Below are positions 9,537 to 19,795 of a stretch of DNA of 64,000 bases, in pieces. Numbering within the stretch: position 1 is the first letter of the stretch; each line of letters starts with the position of its first letter. The stretch is from assembly GCA_963798845.1 (NCBI GenBank), contig CAWCUS010000004.1, positions 288,001 to 352,000 on the forward strand, in the 5' to 3' direction. A model generated the notes under the pieces. It was given only the letters and a program-made list of their open reading frames with translations, did no database searches and was not told the DNA's origin. The translations under genes were made by a program, and so were the position numbers. This stretch comes from an uncultured Gemmatimonadales bacterium (GTDB taxonomy: Bacteria > Gemmatimonadota > Gemmatimonadetes > Longimicrobiales > RSA9).

Positions 9537-11576
9537 TCAACGGCTCTGATCCACTGGCGCGTCACCGGGGACCGGGACGTCGGTCCCGTACACCCACTTC
9601 TCGAACCACTGCCAGTTGTGCCAGAGCGCGGCGAGGCGCTCCTTCGGGCGCGGGATGCCGTGGGTGTCCGCCTTGTAGATGATCAGCCGCACCGGCACCC
9701 CCTGGTCCTGCAGCCCCTGGTAGAGCTCGAACGCGTTGGCGACGGGGACGCGGGGGTCTCCGGAGTCGTGCTGGATGAGCGTGGGCGTCGTCGCCTGCCT
9801 GACGTAGGTGATCGGCGACGTCTTCCTGTAGATGTCCGGGTCGTCCCACGGCGTGGCCTTCAGGTACTGGCGCGTGAACGGGTGGATGTCGGTGTTCACG
9901 TAGTAGGTCAGCCAGTCCGAGATGCCGGCGCCCACGGAGATCGCGGCGAAGCGGCGGGTCGTCGTCGTGAGGAACGCGGAGATGTAGCCGCCCTCGCTCC
10001 ACCCCATCGAGCCCATGCGCGTGGTGTCCACGATCCCCTGTGCCACGAGGTGGTCGACGCCGGACAGCACGTCCCACGCGTCGCCGACCCCGAGGTTGCG
10101 GACGTTCAGCGCGCGGAACGCGGCGCCGTACCCGGCGGAACCGCGGTAGTTCGGCCGGAGGATCAGCGCGCCCCGGGCGAGCCACTGCAGCGTGGGATAG
10201 ACGTACCCCGTCAGCGGCTCCGGGTAGTCGTGGCCCGTGGGTCCCCCGTGGATCACCACGAAGAGCGGGTACTTCCGCTGCGGATCGAAGCCGGGAGGCG
10301 TGTGCAGCACGCCCTCGATCGTCGCGCCGTCCCCGCTCTTCCACGAGATCATCTCCGCCTTGCCGACGGCCCACCCCTCGATCTGCGACGTCATCGTCGT
10401 CACTGCCGTCGGGTCCAGACGCGACGCCGGCGAGCGGTAGATCTCGGGCAGGCTCGTCGCGGTCTGGCCGAGCAGCGCGATGGTGCCTCCGTCCGCCGAG
10501 ACGTCGTAGGAGAGGATCACGGGCGGCCCGCCGGGCAGCACGGTGGCGCGTCCGCTGGACGGGTCGATGCGGACCAGCCGCCGGCTGTCTCCGCCCTGCC
10601 ACGCGATGCCGTACAGACCGCCCCTCGTCCACGAGAGTCGGCCGATGTCCTCGTCGAAGTCGGGGGCGAGCCGCGTGGCCCCGCCGCCGCCGGGCGCGAC
10701 GCGGTACAGCTGCTCGTTGGCGTAGTAGTTCGACGTCGTGTCCCCCGCGTTCGAGCGGTACAGGATCCACTTCCCGTCGGGCGACCAGAGCTCCAGCTCG
10801 TCCCCGCCCGGCGCAGTCACCACCGGCGAGGCTGCCTTCGTGGCGACGTCCAGGAGGTAGATGTCGGCGCTCGGCCAGGAGTTGATGAGCGGATCACCCC
10901 GCCTCCCGAACGCGATGCGCCGGCCGTCCGGTGACCACTCGAAGGACGTGACCGTGAAATCGTCGCCCTCCGTGAGACGCCGGGCCTCGACGGGCGATCC
11001 GGGCGAGACGTCGACGATCCACAGGTGCGCCTGCCGGTACTCGTGGTCCTCGACGCTGAAGTCGCCGAGCTTCTCGGTCCGTTCCGCGTGGGCTTTCGAC
11101 TCGGGGTCCTGCGCCCGGAACGCGATGCGCTTCCCGTCCGGTGACCAGCGGAATGCCTGCACGGCGTCCTCGTGCTGCGTCACCGGCAGCGCCTCGCCGC
11201 CCTCGGCCCGCATGGCCCAGACCTGCTGCTTCCCGTCCCGCCCGGCCAGGAACGCGATCCACGCGCCGTCCGGGGACCACGCCGGCGCCTCGCTGCTGCC
11301 GTCCGGCGTGTTCGTCAGCTGGAACGGCGCCTCCCCCTGACGGGCCAGCCAGAGCTCCGTGTCGAAGCGGTTGGCCTTCCAGTCGGCGCTCCGCACCGGG
11401 TACACGATGGAGCGGCCGTCGGGCGAGACCACCGGCGAGCCGGCCTGGCGCAGGGAGACGGTCTGCTCGAAGGACGGGCCCGGGATCGAGTCCTGGGCGC
11501 GCAGCGGCGAGGCCGCGGCGGTGCCGAGGAACGCGACGAGCGAGGCGAGAGACAGCGCGCAGCGATGCAGAGTCAT
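9537..11576 (-). CDS. S9 family (acylaminoacyl/prolyl oligo-) peptidase, exported
   Basis: Signal peptide MTLHRCALS...SPLRA|QD, WSPDG propeller, IHGGP, NYRGSAGYG, nucleophile GWSEGG, DPRVP, THG. ATG overlaps the upstream stop. Confidence 0.9.
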   Translation of the reverse strand: MTLHRCALSLASLVAFLGTAAASPLRAQDSIPGPSFEQTVSLRQAGSPVVSPDGRSIVYPVRSADWKANRFDTELWLARQGEAPFQLTNTPDGSSEAPAWSPDGAWIAFLAGRDGKQQVWAMRAEGGEALPVTQHEDAVQAFRWSPDGKRIAFRAQDPESKAHAERTEKLGDFSVEDHEYRQAHLWIVDVSPGSPVEARRLTEGDDFTVTSFEWSPDGRRIAFGRRGDPLINSWPSADIYLLDVATKAASPVVTAPGGDELELWSPDGKWILYRSNAGDTTSNYYANEQLYRVAPGGGGATRLAPDFDEDIGRLSWTRGGLYGIAWQGGDSRRLVRIDPSSGRATVLPGGPPVILSYDVSADGGTIALLGQTATSLPEIYRSPASRLDPTAVTTMTSQIEGWAVGKAEMISWKSGDGATIEGVLHTPPGFDPQRKYPLFVVIHGGPTGHDYPEPLTGYVYPTLQWLARGALILRPNYRGSAGYGAAFRALNVRNLGVGDAWDVLSGVDHLVAQGIVDTTRMGSMGWSEGGYISAFLTTTTRRFAAISVGAGISDWLTYYVNTDIHPFTRQYLKATPWDDPDIYRKTSPITYVRQATTPTLIQHDSGDPRVPVANAFELYQGLQDQGVPVRLIIYKADTHGIPRPKERLAALWHNWQWFEKWVYGTDVPVPGDAPVDQSR

Positions 11577-13390
11577 GGTCGGCGTCCGGAATCGGGGATC
11601 GGATCGGGCCAGGATGCGCCGCCGTCGCCCCCTCTCGCCTCCACCGCCGCGCGCCGCAGTCCCGTGAAGAACCGCCGCGCGTTCACCCCCAGTGTCCGCG
11701 TCCTGTACCCGCCCTCCTGGACCACCAGCGTGGGCAGCCCGAGCGCGCCGATCATCCCGCCGTTCCTCTCGAAGTCCTCCGCCGTGAGGGACCAGGTGCC
11801 GGTCGGGTCGTTCCTCGCCGGGTCCAGCCCCAGCGCGACGACGAGGAAGCGGGGGTCGAACGCCTGCACGCGCGCGAGCGCCGTGCCGAGCGCTTTCGCG
11901 TAGCGGTCTCCATCGACGCGCTCGGGGAGCGCGAAGTTCACGTTCATGCCTTTCCCCGCTCCTTCTCCGACCTCGTCCTGGAAGCCGGAGAAGTACGGGT
12001 AGGCGAAGCGCGGGTGGCCGTGGATGGAGACGGTCAGCACGTCTCCGCGCCGCCAGAAGATGTCCTGCTGACCGTTGCCGTGGTGGTAGTCGACGTCGAG
12101 GATCGCCACGGTGCCGTGCTCGGCCAGCAGCTCCGCGCCCACCGCGGCGCTGTTGAAGTAGCAGAACCCGCCGAACGAGCGGTGCTCGGCGTGGTGGCCG
12201 GGCGGGCGCACGAGCGCGTAGGCCAGCCATGCGCCGTCGAGCACCTCGTCCGCGGCGGTGAGGGCGCAGTCCACGGCGCGGCGGGCGGCCAGGTACGCGT
12301 TGCGGTTGAGCGGCGTGAACGTGTCGATGCAGTAGTAGCCGGCGCGCGTGGCCAGGTCCTCGGGCGGGCGCGTGGCGTTCCGGATCGGGAAGACGTACGG
12401 GTACACCGACTTCCCTTCCGGCGTCTCCGCGCACACGCGCTCGAGGTAGCGGACGAAGCCGGCATCGTGGACCCGTGTGATGCGCGCGTCCGGGAACGGC
12501 CGCGGCTCGACGCGGCGGAACGCCCCCGTCGGCTCCAGCTCCTTCAGGATCGCGGGGATCCGCACCGGCGCCTCCACGTAGCCGCGCTCGCGGACGTGGT
12601 GGATCTCGTGCCCCTCGTTCACGACCAGCGCGACGACGTGGGGTCCGCCGGCGACCCGCCCGCCCGCCGCCTCCCGGGGGGCTGCTGCGTCGCCGGCGGG
12701 CTTCGGCCGCGGGGGGACCAGCGGCTCGAGGCGCACCGGTTCGTCCGTGAACGAGGCGACGACGCGCTCCACGTACTCCGCCGGGCAGTAGCCGCCATAG
12801 CGGCGCTCCAGGATGGCGCGCGCGATCGCCGCGCCCTCGTCGCGTGACAGCCGCCGATCACGACCCAGGGCGTCGTACAGCAGCAGCGGCGCCTCCGAGT
12901 CCGAGCCCACCGGGGTCTCCCACGCCGTCCCGGCTACGCGCTGGACGCCCCACTGCGCGTAGAAGCGGAGGCGGGCGCGGTTGGCGCGGCGCGCGTCCTC
13001 CGCGAGCTCCGGATCGTCGGCGGGCATCACCTCCATGAAGACGCCTGCGCAGCCGAGCGCCGCCGCCTCCTCGCGCACCCGCTCGTACAGCGCCCCGCCC
13101 ACGCCGCCGGTCTCGCCACGCGCCGCCGCGATGAAGTCGAGGAACGCGAAGCGGAGGTCGGGCGCGTGCCGCACCAGGGCGAAGCCGCGCGTGCGTCCCG
13201 CGCTCGTCTGCGCCACGAAAAGAAGCGTCCGGAAATCGGAGCGCGCCGCGTGCCGCAGCTCGTCCGGCATCGCCCGCACCAGCCGGTCCGCCACGCCACG
13301 GAAGCGGGCCCGCAGGATCGCCTGCGCCGCCTCCACCGCCGCGGCGTCTTCGGCGGCCCGGGTGTCGTAGATGCGGCGGATTCTGAGCAC
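11573..13390 (-). CDS. GNAT-like domain fused to a Zn-dependent histone-deacetylase-family (acetylpolyamine amidohydrolase-like) domain
   Basis: N-terminal FLDFIAAARGETGGVGGALYERVRE and RLRFYAQWG (GNAT-like). C-terminal RPPGHHA, GGFCYFN, DVDYHHGNGQQ, SIHG, ALGLD and QEGGY. Start placed at GTG 13390 (uncertain). Confidence 0.85.
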   Translation of the reverse strand: MLRIRRIYDTRAAEDAAAVEAAQAILRARFRGVADRLVRAMPDELRHAARSDFRTLLFVAQTSAGRTRGFALVRHAPDLRFAFLDFIAAARGETGGVGGALYERVREEAAALGCAGVFMEVMPADDPELAEDARRANRARLRFYAQWGVQRVAGTAWETPVGSDSEAPLLLYDALGRDRRLSRDEGAAIARAILERRYGGYCPAEYVERVVASFTDEPVRLEPLVPPRPKPAGDAAAPREAAGGRVAGGPHVVALVVNEGHEIHHVRERGYVEAPVRIPAILKELEPTGAFRRVEPRPFPDARITRVHDAGFVRYLERVCAETPEGKSVYPYVFPIRNATRPPEDLATRAGYYCIDTFTPLNRNAYLAARRAVDCALTAADEVLDGAWLAYALVRPPGHHAEHRSFGGFCYFNSAAVGAELLAEHGTVAILDVDYHHGNGQQDIFWRRGDVLTVSIHGHPRFAYPYFSGFQDEVGEGAGKGMNVNFALPERVDGDRYAKALGTALARVQAFDPRFLVVALGLDPARNDPTGTWSLTAEDFERNGGMIGALGLPTLVVQEGGYRTRTLGVNARRFFTGLRRAAVEARGGDGGASWPDPIPDSGRRP

Positions 13391-13588
13391 TAGCCAGGTC
13401 CGGGGTCGAGGGCTTCGGCGCCAGGCGGACCATCCGCGCGCCGGCGCCCCTCCTGGCGAGGAAAGGTAAGCGCAGGACGGGTGGTGCGCCCGCACGCCCT
13501 CCTCGGCATCACCGGCCTCGCCGCGCGCCGACGGCGCGCCCTCACCCCCTGCGACCAGGGCCTGGCTCCGGCCCCGGCCGCCGGCGTG

Positions 13589-16195
13589 TCAGCGAGCCGG
13601 GGGGATGGTGGCCAGGCGCGGGGCGGGGTGGCCGGGCACGACCCGGAGGGTGAGCGACGCCGGCTCCAGGCCGTCGGCCCGGGCGCTCACGCGCACCTCC
13701 CCGGTGGCGTCGCCCGACTGCACCATGGCCAGGAGCAGGCCTGAGTAAGCGCGCCGCGAGGACGTGAAATAGGGCGAGTGGTCCGTCAGGTTGCCATTGC
13801 CGAGCGTGAGCAGATCGGCGGCGCCCTCCACGGCCACCTCCACGCGCGTGTCGGCGTCGGGAACCACGGTCCCGGCGCTGTCCACCACCTCGATCCGCAC
13901 GTGGGCGATGTCCCGTTCCCCCGCCCGGATCCGGTCCCGGTCCACGCTCAGGCGGAGCGCGGCCGGGGCGCCGGCGGTCCGCACCTCCTCGGTCACCACC
14001 ACCTGACCGTCGCGCTTGCCCACCGCGCGCAGCACGCCGGGCTCGTACGGCACGTCCCAGGCGAGGTGGAGGTCGGCGGTGGTGGGGTGGACCTGCGGCC
14101 GATCGTAGTGGTTCCAGTCCCCGGACGTGCCCTGGCGAGGGAACTCGCGGCGCTTCTCCCCGATGAACCGGCCGTTCAGGTACAGGTCCACCGCGTCCAC
14201 GTTGGTGTACGCCAGCACGGGAATGACCTGGCCTTCCCGTCCCGGCCAGTTCCAGTGAGGGAACAGGCGGAGCATGGGCGCCGCGGTCCACACGCTCTGG
14301 TAGAAGTAGTAGCCGTCGTCGGGGAATCCCACGAGGTCGAGCTGCCCGCTCGGCGCACCGCGGCCCGGCCAGAACGTCTCGCCCAGGTAGTCGATGCCGG
14401 TCCACATGAAGTCGCCGGCGAAGAAGTCGTGGAGCGCCACCCACTTCCAGAGCTGCTCCGCCCGGATCATGGACGTCGGGTAGTCGGCCTCGACGCGGGC
14501 GGAGTCGTTGCCCAGCGAGTACGCCCCGCGCCTCCCCCGGACCGCCGCGTCCTCGGTGCCGATGAACTTCCAGTCCGGGTGCGCGTGGCGGTCGGCGGTG
14601 TTGTACAGCTCCCGCCGTTCGTGCCACCGGTCCACGTAGTTGTAGCCGACCACGTCAAGCAGCGAGAGGAACGCGTCCGTCGTGGCGCCATTGTCGGCCG
14701 CGATGTGGTCGTTTCCCGTGGTGACGAGACGCGACGGGTCCTCCCGGCGCGACACCGCCTTCAACGCCCGAAGCACCGAATCCCCGCCGGGCGAGAACTG
14801 CTCGCCGATTTCGTTCCCCAGGCTCCAGATCACCACCGACGGGTGGTTGCGGTCGCGGCGGATGAAGTCCGCCAGGTCCCGCTCGCCCCAGTCGTCGAAA
14901 TAGAGGTGGTAGCCGAACTCGCGCTTCCCGATCGTCCATTCGTCGAACGCCTCGTCCATGATCAGCAGGCCCATCCGGTCGGCCAGCTCCATGAACTCCG
15001 GCGACGGCGGGTTGTGCGCGGTCCGGATGGCGTTCACGCCCATGGCCTGGAGCAGTCGGAATCGTCTCGCCCACACCGCTTCCGGCACCGCCGCCCCCAC
15101 CGGGCCGCCGTCCTGGTGCAGGTTCACGCCGCGCAGCTTCACCCGCTGGCCGTTCAGCAGGAAACCGCGGTCCGGGTCGAACGCGATTCGCCGGATCCCG
15201 AACGGCTCCTCCGTGACATCGGCCACGGGCCCGTATTCCGGCGAGACGGTGGTCCGGAGCGTGTACAGCGTGGGCGTGTCCGTGGACCAGAGCCGCGGCG
15301 CGTCCACCCGCACGTCCTGCTCGAGCTGCGACGTGGCGCCCGCGTCCACCTGGAACGGCGCTTCGGCCCGAGCCACTTCCCGCCCGCCCGAGTCCAGCAC
15401 CGCGAGCCGCACGATTCCGCGCCGCGCGCCGGGTCCTTCGTTCCGCAGCGACGTGCGCACGCGCACGCGCGCGGCCGCCGAGTCAACGTCCGGCGTGGTG
15501 ATGTACGTGCCCCACCGCGCCACGTGCAGCGGCCCCGTGACCGTGAGCCAGACGTGGCGGTAGATCCCGCTCCCCGTGTACCAGCGGCTGTTCGGCTGTC
15601 TCGAGTTGTCCACCCGAACCGCGACGACGTTCTCGCCCGGGCCCAGGTACGGCGTCAGGTCGTAGCCGAAGCCGATGTAGCCGTACGGCCGATGGCCGAG
15701 GTGGTGCCCGTTGATCCACACGTCGCTGTTCTGGTACACGCCCTCGAAATCGATCCGGACCCGTCGCTCGGCTGCTCCGCTCCCGGACCCCGCGGCCGCG
15801 GCGCCGGGGGCCTGGAACGTCCGGCGGTACCAGCCGACCCCCGTCTGCGCGTAGCCCCCGCTCCCGCCGCTGGGCGCGTCCTGCTGGACCGGCAGCTCGA
15901 TGCTCCAGTCGTGGGGGAGGTCCAGGCGCCGCCAGGCGGCGTCGTCGAACTCCGGCCGCTCCGCGCCCGCGGGATCGCCCAGGAGGAAGGTCCACCCGTA
16001 GTCCATGAGGAACCGCTGGCGAGGCGACGCCGGGCCCGCCTGGGCCACCGCGGGGGCGGCCAGGAGCAGCAGCACCAAGGCCCCGGCCGCGCGGGTCCGC
16101 GCAGTCGAGGAGAGGGGGAAGCGTGTGGCGAGTCGAATGGTGGTCCTCCGGCGCTGGGGGTCCGGCCCGGGCTGGAGCGAGGAGGACCTCGCCAT
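13589..16195 (-). CDS. Glycoside hydrolase family 2 (beta-galactosidase-like, DUF4982)
   Basis: LPHDWSIE, FEGVYQ, SRWYTGSGIYR, RTAHNPP, WSLGNE (acid/base), WTGIDYLGE, PHWNW. Signal-like LLLLAAPAVA|Q. Start uncertain. Confidence 0.9.
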   Translation of the reverse strand: MARSSSLQPGPDPQRRRTTIRLATRFPLSSTARTRAAGALVLLLLAAPAVAQAGPASPRQRFLMDYGWTFLLGDPAGAERPEFDDAAWRRLDLPHDWSIELPVQQDAPSGGSGGYAQTGVGWYRRTFQAPGAAAAGSGSGAAERRVRIDFEGVYQNSDVWINGHHLGHRPYGYIGFGYDLTPYLGPGENVVAVRVDNSRQPNSRWYTGSGIYRHVWLTVTGPLHVARWGTYITTPDVDSAAARVRVRTSLRNEGPGARRGIVRLAVLDSGGREVARAEAPFQVDAGATSQLEQDVRVDAPRLWSTDTPTLYTLRTTVSPEYGPVADVTEEPFGIRRIAFDPDRGFLLNGQRVKLRGVNLHQDGGPVGAAVPEAVWARRFRLLQAMGVNAIRTAHNPPSPEFMELADRMGLLIMDEAFDEWTIGKREFGYHLYFDDWGERDLADFIRRDRNHPSVVIWSLGNEIGEQFSPGGDSVLRALKAVSRREDPSRLVTTGNDHIAADNGATTDAFLSLLDVVGYNYVDRWHERRELYNTADRHAHPDWKFIGTEDAAVRGRRGAYSLGNDSARVEADYPTSMIRAEQLWKWVALHDFFAGDFMWTGIDYLGETFWPGRGAPSGQLDLVGFPDDGYYFYQSVWTAAPMLRLFPHWNWPGREGQVIPVLAYTNVDAVDLYLNGRFIGEKRREFPRQGTSGDWNHYDRPQVHPTTADLHLAWDVPYEPGVLRAVGKRDGQVVVTEEVRTAGAPAALRLSVDRDRIRAGERDIAHVRIEVVDSAGTVVPDADTRVEVAVEGAADLLTLGNGNLTDHSPYFTSSRRAYSGLLLAMVQSGDATGEVRVSARADGLEPASLTLRVVPGHPAPRLATIPPAR

Positions 16196-16250
16196 CACCA
16201 ACTCAGACCTCACGTGAAGATCGGATCAGCTTCGGGGGGGCACCTCAACG

Positions 16251-18971
16251 CTAGCTCCCCACCTTCTCCTTCAGCTCACGGAAGAAATTCTCCACCACCA
16301 CCAGGTCGTGGCGCTGGTCCGGGTTCTCCCCCGTGAGCTGAATCATGATGAAGCGCTGTCCGCCGGGTGCCACATCCCATTCCGCATAGTTTCCCGAAAG
16401 CAGATGACGGTCAGTGGTATTGAACAGAGGCGTGTGCCTTACCACGCGAAAGCCAGGGGCCGTTTCCACCTGCGCGGACACCATCATCCCACTGGCGTCC
16501 ACATAGAAGAGCTCACGTCCGTCGTGCCCCCAGCGCGGACTGCTCCCGCCGTTGGTGGAAACCTGCCATCTCCCGCGGCTCGCATCGCCGAAGGGGCTTA
16601 CGTATACCTCCGTTTCCCCAGTCCTGGTGATGGACTCGTACGCTACCCACCGGCCATCGTCGGAGAGGTCCAGGGCGACTTCGTCGTCCAGACTGCCGGC
16701 GACGGGCGTCTCGAGCGTATCGCCGCCGGTCACGGCTACCAGATCGCGTGAATCTCCGTGATCGACGCCCACGAGGAATCGGTGTTGCCCGGGCGCAGCC
16801 TCGAACTCCTCTATGTCCGTCGGGAGGTCCAGGACCATCTCGGCCTCTCCGCTTCCGTCCGCCGCGCGGGACCAAACGTCGTCGTGTCCATTCCGATTCG
16901 AGATGAAGTAGATGTGCTTCCCGTCGGGCGCCCAGCGGGGATCGCGGTCCACGGCCGTGTCGAAGGTCAGGCGAGAAGGAGCTCCTCCGCCCAACATCTT
17001 CACCCAGATATCCTCGCCCGCTTCTGTCTGCATGAACAAGGCGAGGCTCTTCCCGTCCGGGGAGAGGGAGAGCGCCGGGGTCGGGAACGGCATATAGCTC
17101 CAGGCCGAGTCGACGGGCGTGATTCCGCCGTCCCGCCCCACCCACACGACCCGCCCGACCCCATTGGCGCCGCCGCCCGTCCGGTACACGAGGGTTCCGT
17201 CGTCGGCCAGCGAAAGGTCCACCGAGCCGAACAGGCCGACGGTAACGCCCCGCGCGAGCCTGACCGGCGGCCCCGTCAGCTGCATCGCGTCGGGGTCGAA
17301 GGGCGCCCCCATGAGGGCTCCGCTCGACGTCACATAGAGCAGGTGCCCGGACGGCGCATACCGGCCGAAGACCCCCCGCACGAGGACACGATGTGTGCCA
17401 GCTGCAAGATCGGCCACCGCCACATCGTACTCCGACACGTCCGCCGGTGACGTGTGCGTCGCGGTGAACAACATCCGGTTGCCACCCGGAAGCAGCTCGG
17501 GCCATTCATGGAAGGTCTCCTGCCTCTCCGCGTCAATGCTCGTCACCTGTTCGGGAGCGCCGCCCGACGCCGGCACGCGCAGGATGCCCCATGGTCCGCC
17601 GGTGGGAGCGACCCCCTCGTAATAGAGATTCCCATCGCCGCCCCACGAGACGGCATCGCCGCCGACGCCCCTCTCCGCGACGATCACCGGGGGGTCGCCA
17701 GTGAGGGACGACACCTTGATCTTGAAGGGCCCCGCACCAAGAGGCCTGCCGACGAGGAAGGCGATCCGGGAGCCGTCGGGCGAGAAGGACGGCCCGTGTC
17801 CGTCCTCGGTACCGGGCAGGGGAGTGGGGTCGAGCTCGTCGCGCCTCTTGAGCCAGAGCTGAGACCGGCCGCTGATCCCGGGTCCAGGTCCCACGTAGAC
17901 CAGCCTCGACCCATCCGGGGATACGGCGAGATTCGAGCCGTGGACCTGGCCGATATCGTGACCGTCCGGCAGTCGCAGTGAATACCGCGCCACCGGGCGG
18001 GGCGGTCCGTTCTTCAGGATCACCCACCCCGCCAGGGCCGCCACGAGAGTCGCGACGGCCACGGCTCCCACCGTTATGCGCCGCCAGCGGCCCTCTTGCG
18101 CCGCCGCCCGGACGTCCTCGTCGGGGCCGTAGCGGAACGCTCGATCACCGAGGGCCCTGGCGAAACCCCTGGCGGAGGAGAAGCGATCTGCGGGCAGCCT
18201 CTCCAGCGCCTTCCGCAGTGCGGCATCGACGTTGGCCGGTACGAGCGGCCGCACATCCCTGGGCCGCCTGAAGCTCCCCGATATGATCCTGCCGAGCATC
18301 GCCTGCGCCACCGTGCCCGCAAACGGTGGCTCGCCCACCAGCATCTCGTAGAGTACGCAGGCCAGCGCGTATACGTCGCTCGCCGGGCCGGTTACATGGT
18401 CGCCCGTCGCCTGTTCGGGGCTCATGTAGAACGGTGTGCCTACGCGGATGCCCGTCTCCGTGAGGCGGTCGCCGCCCGCCGTGCCCACGGCCAGCGCGAT
18501 GCCGAAGTCGGCGACGAGCGGCTGGCCGTCCTGCAGCAGGATGTTGGCGGGCTTGATGTCGCGATGGATCACGCCCCGGGCGTGCGCGTGCTCCAGTGCG
18601 CCGGCTACCGCCACCGCGATCCGTACCGCCTCCTCCACCGGAAGCTGGCGTTCACGGTCCAGGCGGTCCCGAAGCGACTCGCCTTCCACCCTCGGCATCG
18701 CGTAGTAGAGCAGGCCGTCGGCCTCTCCGGAGTCGTGGAGCGGAAGAATGTGGGGGTGGTTCAGGTTGGCCGTGGTTTCGATCTCGGCGAGGAACCGGGC
18801 AGAGCCCACGACTGCGGCAAGGTCGGGCTTGAGGATCTTGAGGGCCACCTTGCGGCGATGCTTGAGGTCCTCGGCCAGGTAGACCGTGGCCATGCCGCCT
18901 TCGCCGAGCAGGCGTTCAATGCGATAACGATCCGAGAGGGCGGCGTTGATTCTGTCAATGGATTCGGGCAT
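16251..18971 (-). CDS. Ser/Thr protein kinase with TM helix and TolB/PD40 propellers
   Basis: LGEGGMATV, VALK, HRDIKPAN, DFG, GTPFYMSPE, TM segment, SPDG repeats. GGAGGG RBS before ATG 18971. Confidence 0.92.
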   Translation of the reverse strand: MPESIDRINAALSDRYRIERLLGEGGMATVYLAEDLKHRRKVALKILKPDLAAVVGSARFLAEIETTANLNHPHILPLHDSGEADGLLYYAMPRVEGESLRDRLDRERQLPVEEAVRIAVAVAGALEHAHARGVIHRDIKPANILLQDGQPLVADFGIALAVGTAGGDRLTETGIRVGTPFYMSPEQATGDHVTGPASDVYALACVLYEMLVGEPPFAGTVAQAMLGRIISGSFRRPRDVRPLVPANVDAALRKALERLPADRFSSARGFARALGDRAFRYGPDEDVRAAAQEGRWRRITVGAVAVATLVAALAGWVILKNGPPRPVARYSLRLPDGHDIGQVHGSNLAVSPDGSRLVYVGPGPGISGRSQLWLKRRDELDPTPLPGTEDGHGPSFSPDGSRIAFLVGRPLGAGPFKIKVSSLTGDPPVIVAERGVGGDAVSWGGDGNLYYEGVAPTGGPWGILRVPASGGAPEQVTSIDAERQETFHEWPELLPGGNRMLFTATHTSPADVSEYDVAVADLAAGTHRVLVRGVFGRYAPSGHLLYVTSSGALMGAPFDPDAMQLTGPPVRLARGVTVGLFGSVDLSLADDGTLVYRTGGGANGVGRVVWVGRDGGITPVDSAWSYMPFPTPALSLSPDGKSLALFMQTEAGEDIWVKMLGGGAPSRLTFDTAVDRDPRWAPDGKHIYFISNRNGHDDVWSRAADGSGEAEMVLDLPTDIEEFEAAPGQHRFLVGVDHGDSRDLVAVTGGDTLETPVAGSLDDEVALDLSDDGRWVAYESITRTGETEVYVSPFGDASRGRWQVSTNGGSSPRWGHDGRELFYVDASGMMVSAQVETAPGFRVVRHTPLFNTTDRHLLSGNYAEWDVAPGGQRFIMIQLTGENPDQRHDLVVVENFFRELKEKVGS

Positions 18972-19275
18972 CGTATTGCCCTCCCCAGCAGGCAGGAATT
19001 GGCCTGTGCGCAGGCGGGCAGGCCCACATTGTAGAGGTCTGCGCACCCAGCAGGTTCAGCCGGCGGTTCGAAGTGGCGACGAGCCGCGCGCTCCTGGCGA
19101 ACGCACGATTCCAGAGGCGTACCTGAGCAGTCGAGGGGCGGCCTGGCCAACGACAGGAAATCCAAATGCCGTTTCGACTGCTTTCGGCAGGATGGTCAGG
19201 TGCTATCGGCGGGTCAAGAGCCCGACAAGCCCTGCTGGCCCCCGGCAGGGCGAGCGTGCGCCCGGGCGGGCGGTC

Positions 19276-19626
19276 TCACGAGCTGATGGCTGGCACGTCG
19301 GCGTCCAGCGCCAGCTCGACCTGCGGCGGCTCCATCGCGCGGACATCGACGCCATGCAGCTCGCTCAGCTTGTCGATGAACCAACGGTCGAACTCGTTCG
19401 TCGAGTGCGGCGCCTCGGCGAGGAAACGGCTGCCGCCCGGACCGTCGTGCACGGCGAGTACGAGGTAGCCGTCGGGCACCGTCTGCAGGTAGGCCTGGTG
19501 GCGGTCCAGACCCCAGCGGCGGTTGAAGTCGGCGAACTGTCCCTCGCGCGGGCCGTTCAGCTCCGCAATGAAGGCGCGCCATGCCTCGAGGTTGGCGCTG
19601 GGGAGCGGAATGGCGAAAGCGGCCAC
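19276..19626 (-). CDS. Small conserved hypothetical protein (DUF6176-like)
   Basis: GGAGGTG RBS then GTG. AFAIPL...EAWRAFIAELNGPR...AYLQT...FDRWF...LHGVD resembles a family I recall but cannot verify. Confidence 0.6.
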   Translation of the reverse strand: MAAFAIPLPSANLEAWRAFIAELNGPREGQFADFNRRWGLDRHQAYLQTVPDGYLVLAVHDGPGGSRFLAEAPHSTNEFDRWFIDKLSELHGVDVRAMEPPQVELALDADVPAISS

Positions 19627-19795
19627 GAAGCACCTCCGGGGTGGAAATGAAGCGCAGCGCGACCGGGGCTCGGCCGCGCTGCGAGAATCCATCGTAGCGC
19701 CCGACGCACCGCGAGGCAACGATCCGGGCCCGATCAACCATCGTGCGAGCTGCGCTCACGGTTGATCTCGAACATAGGCGGCTCATGTCTATCGC

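Noticed and set aside
9537..12434. 965-aa ORF as a single protein
   Set aside because: The first ~285 aa are an alternative frame of the deacetylase gene. The signal peptide starts at 11576.
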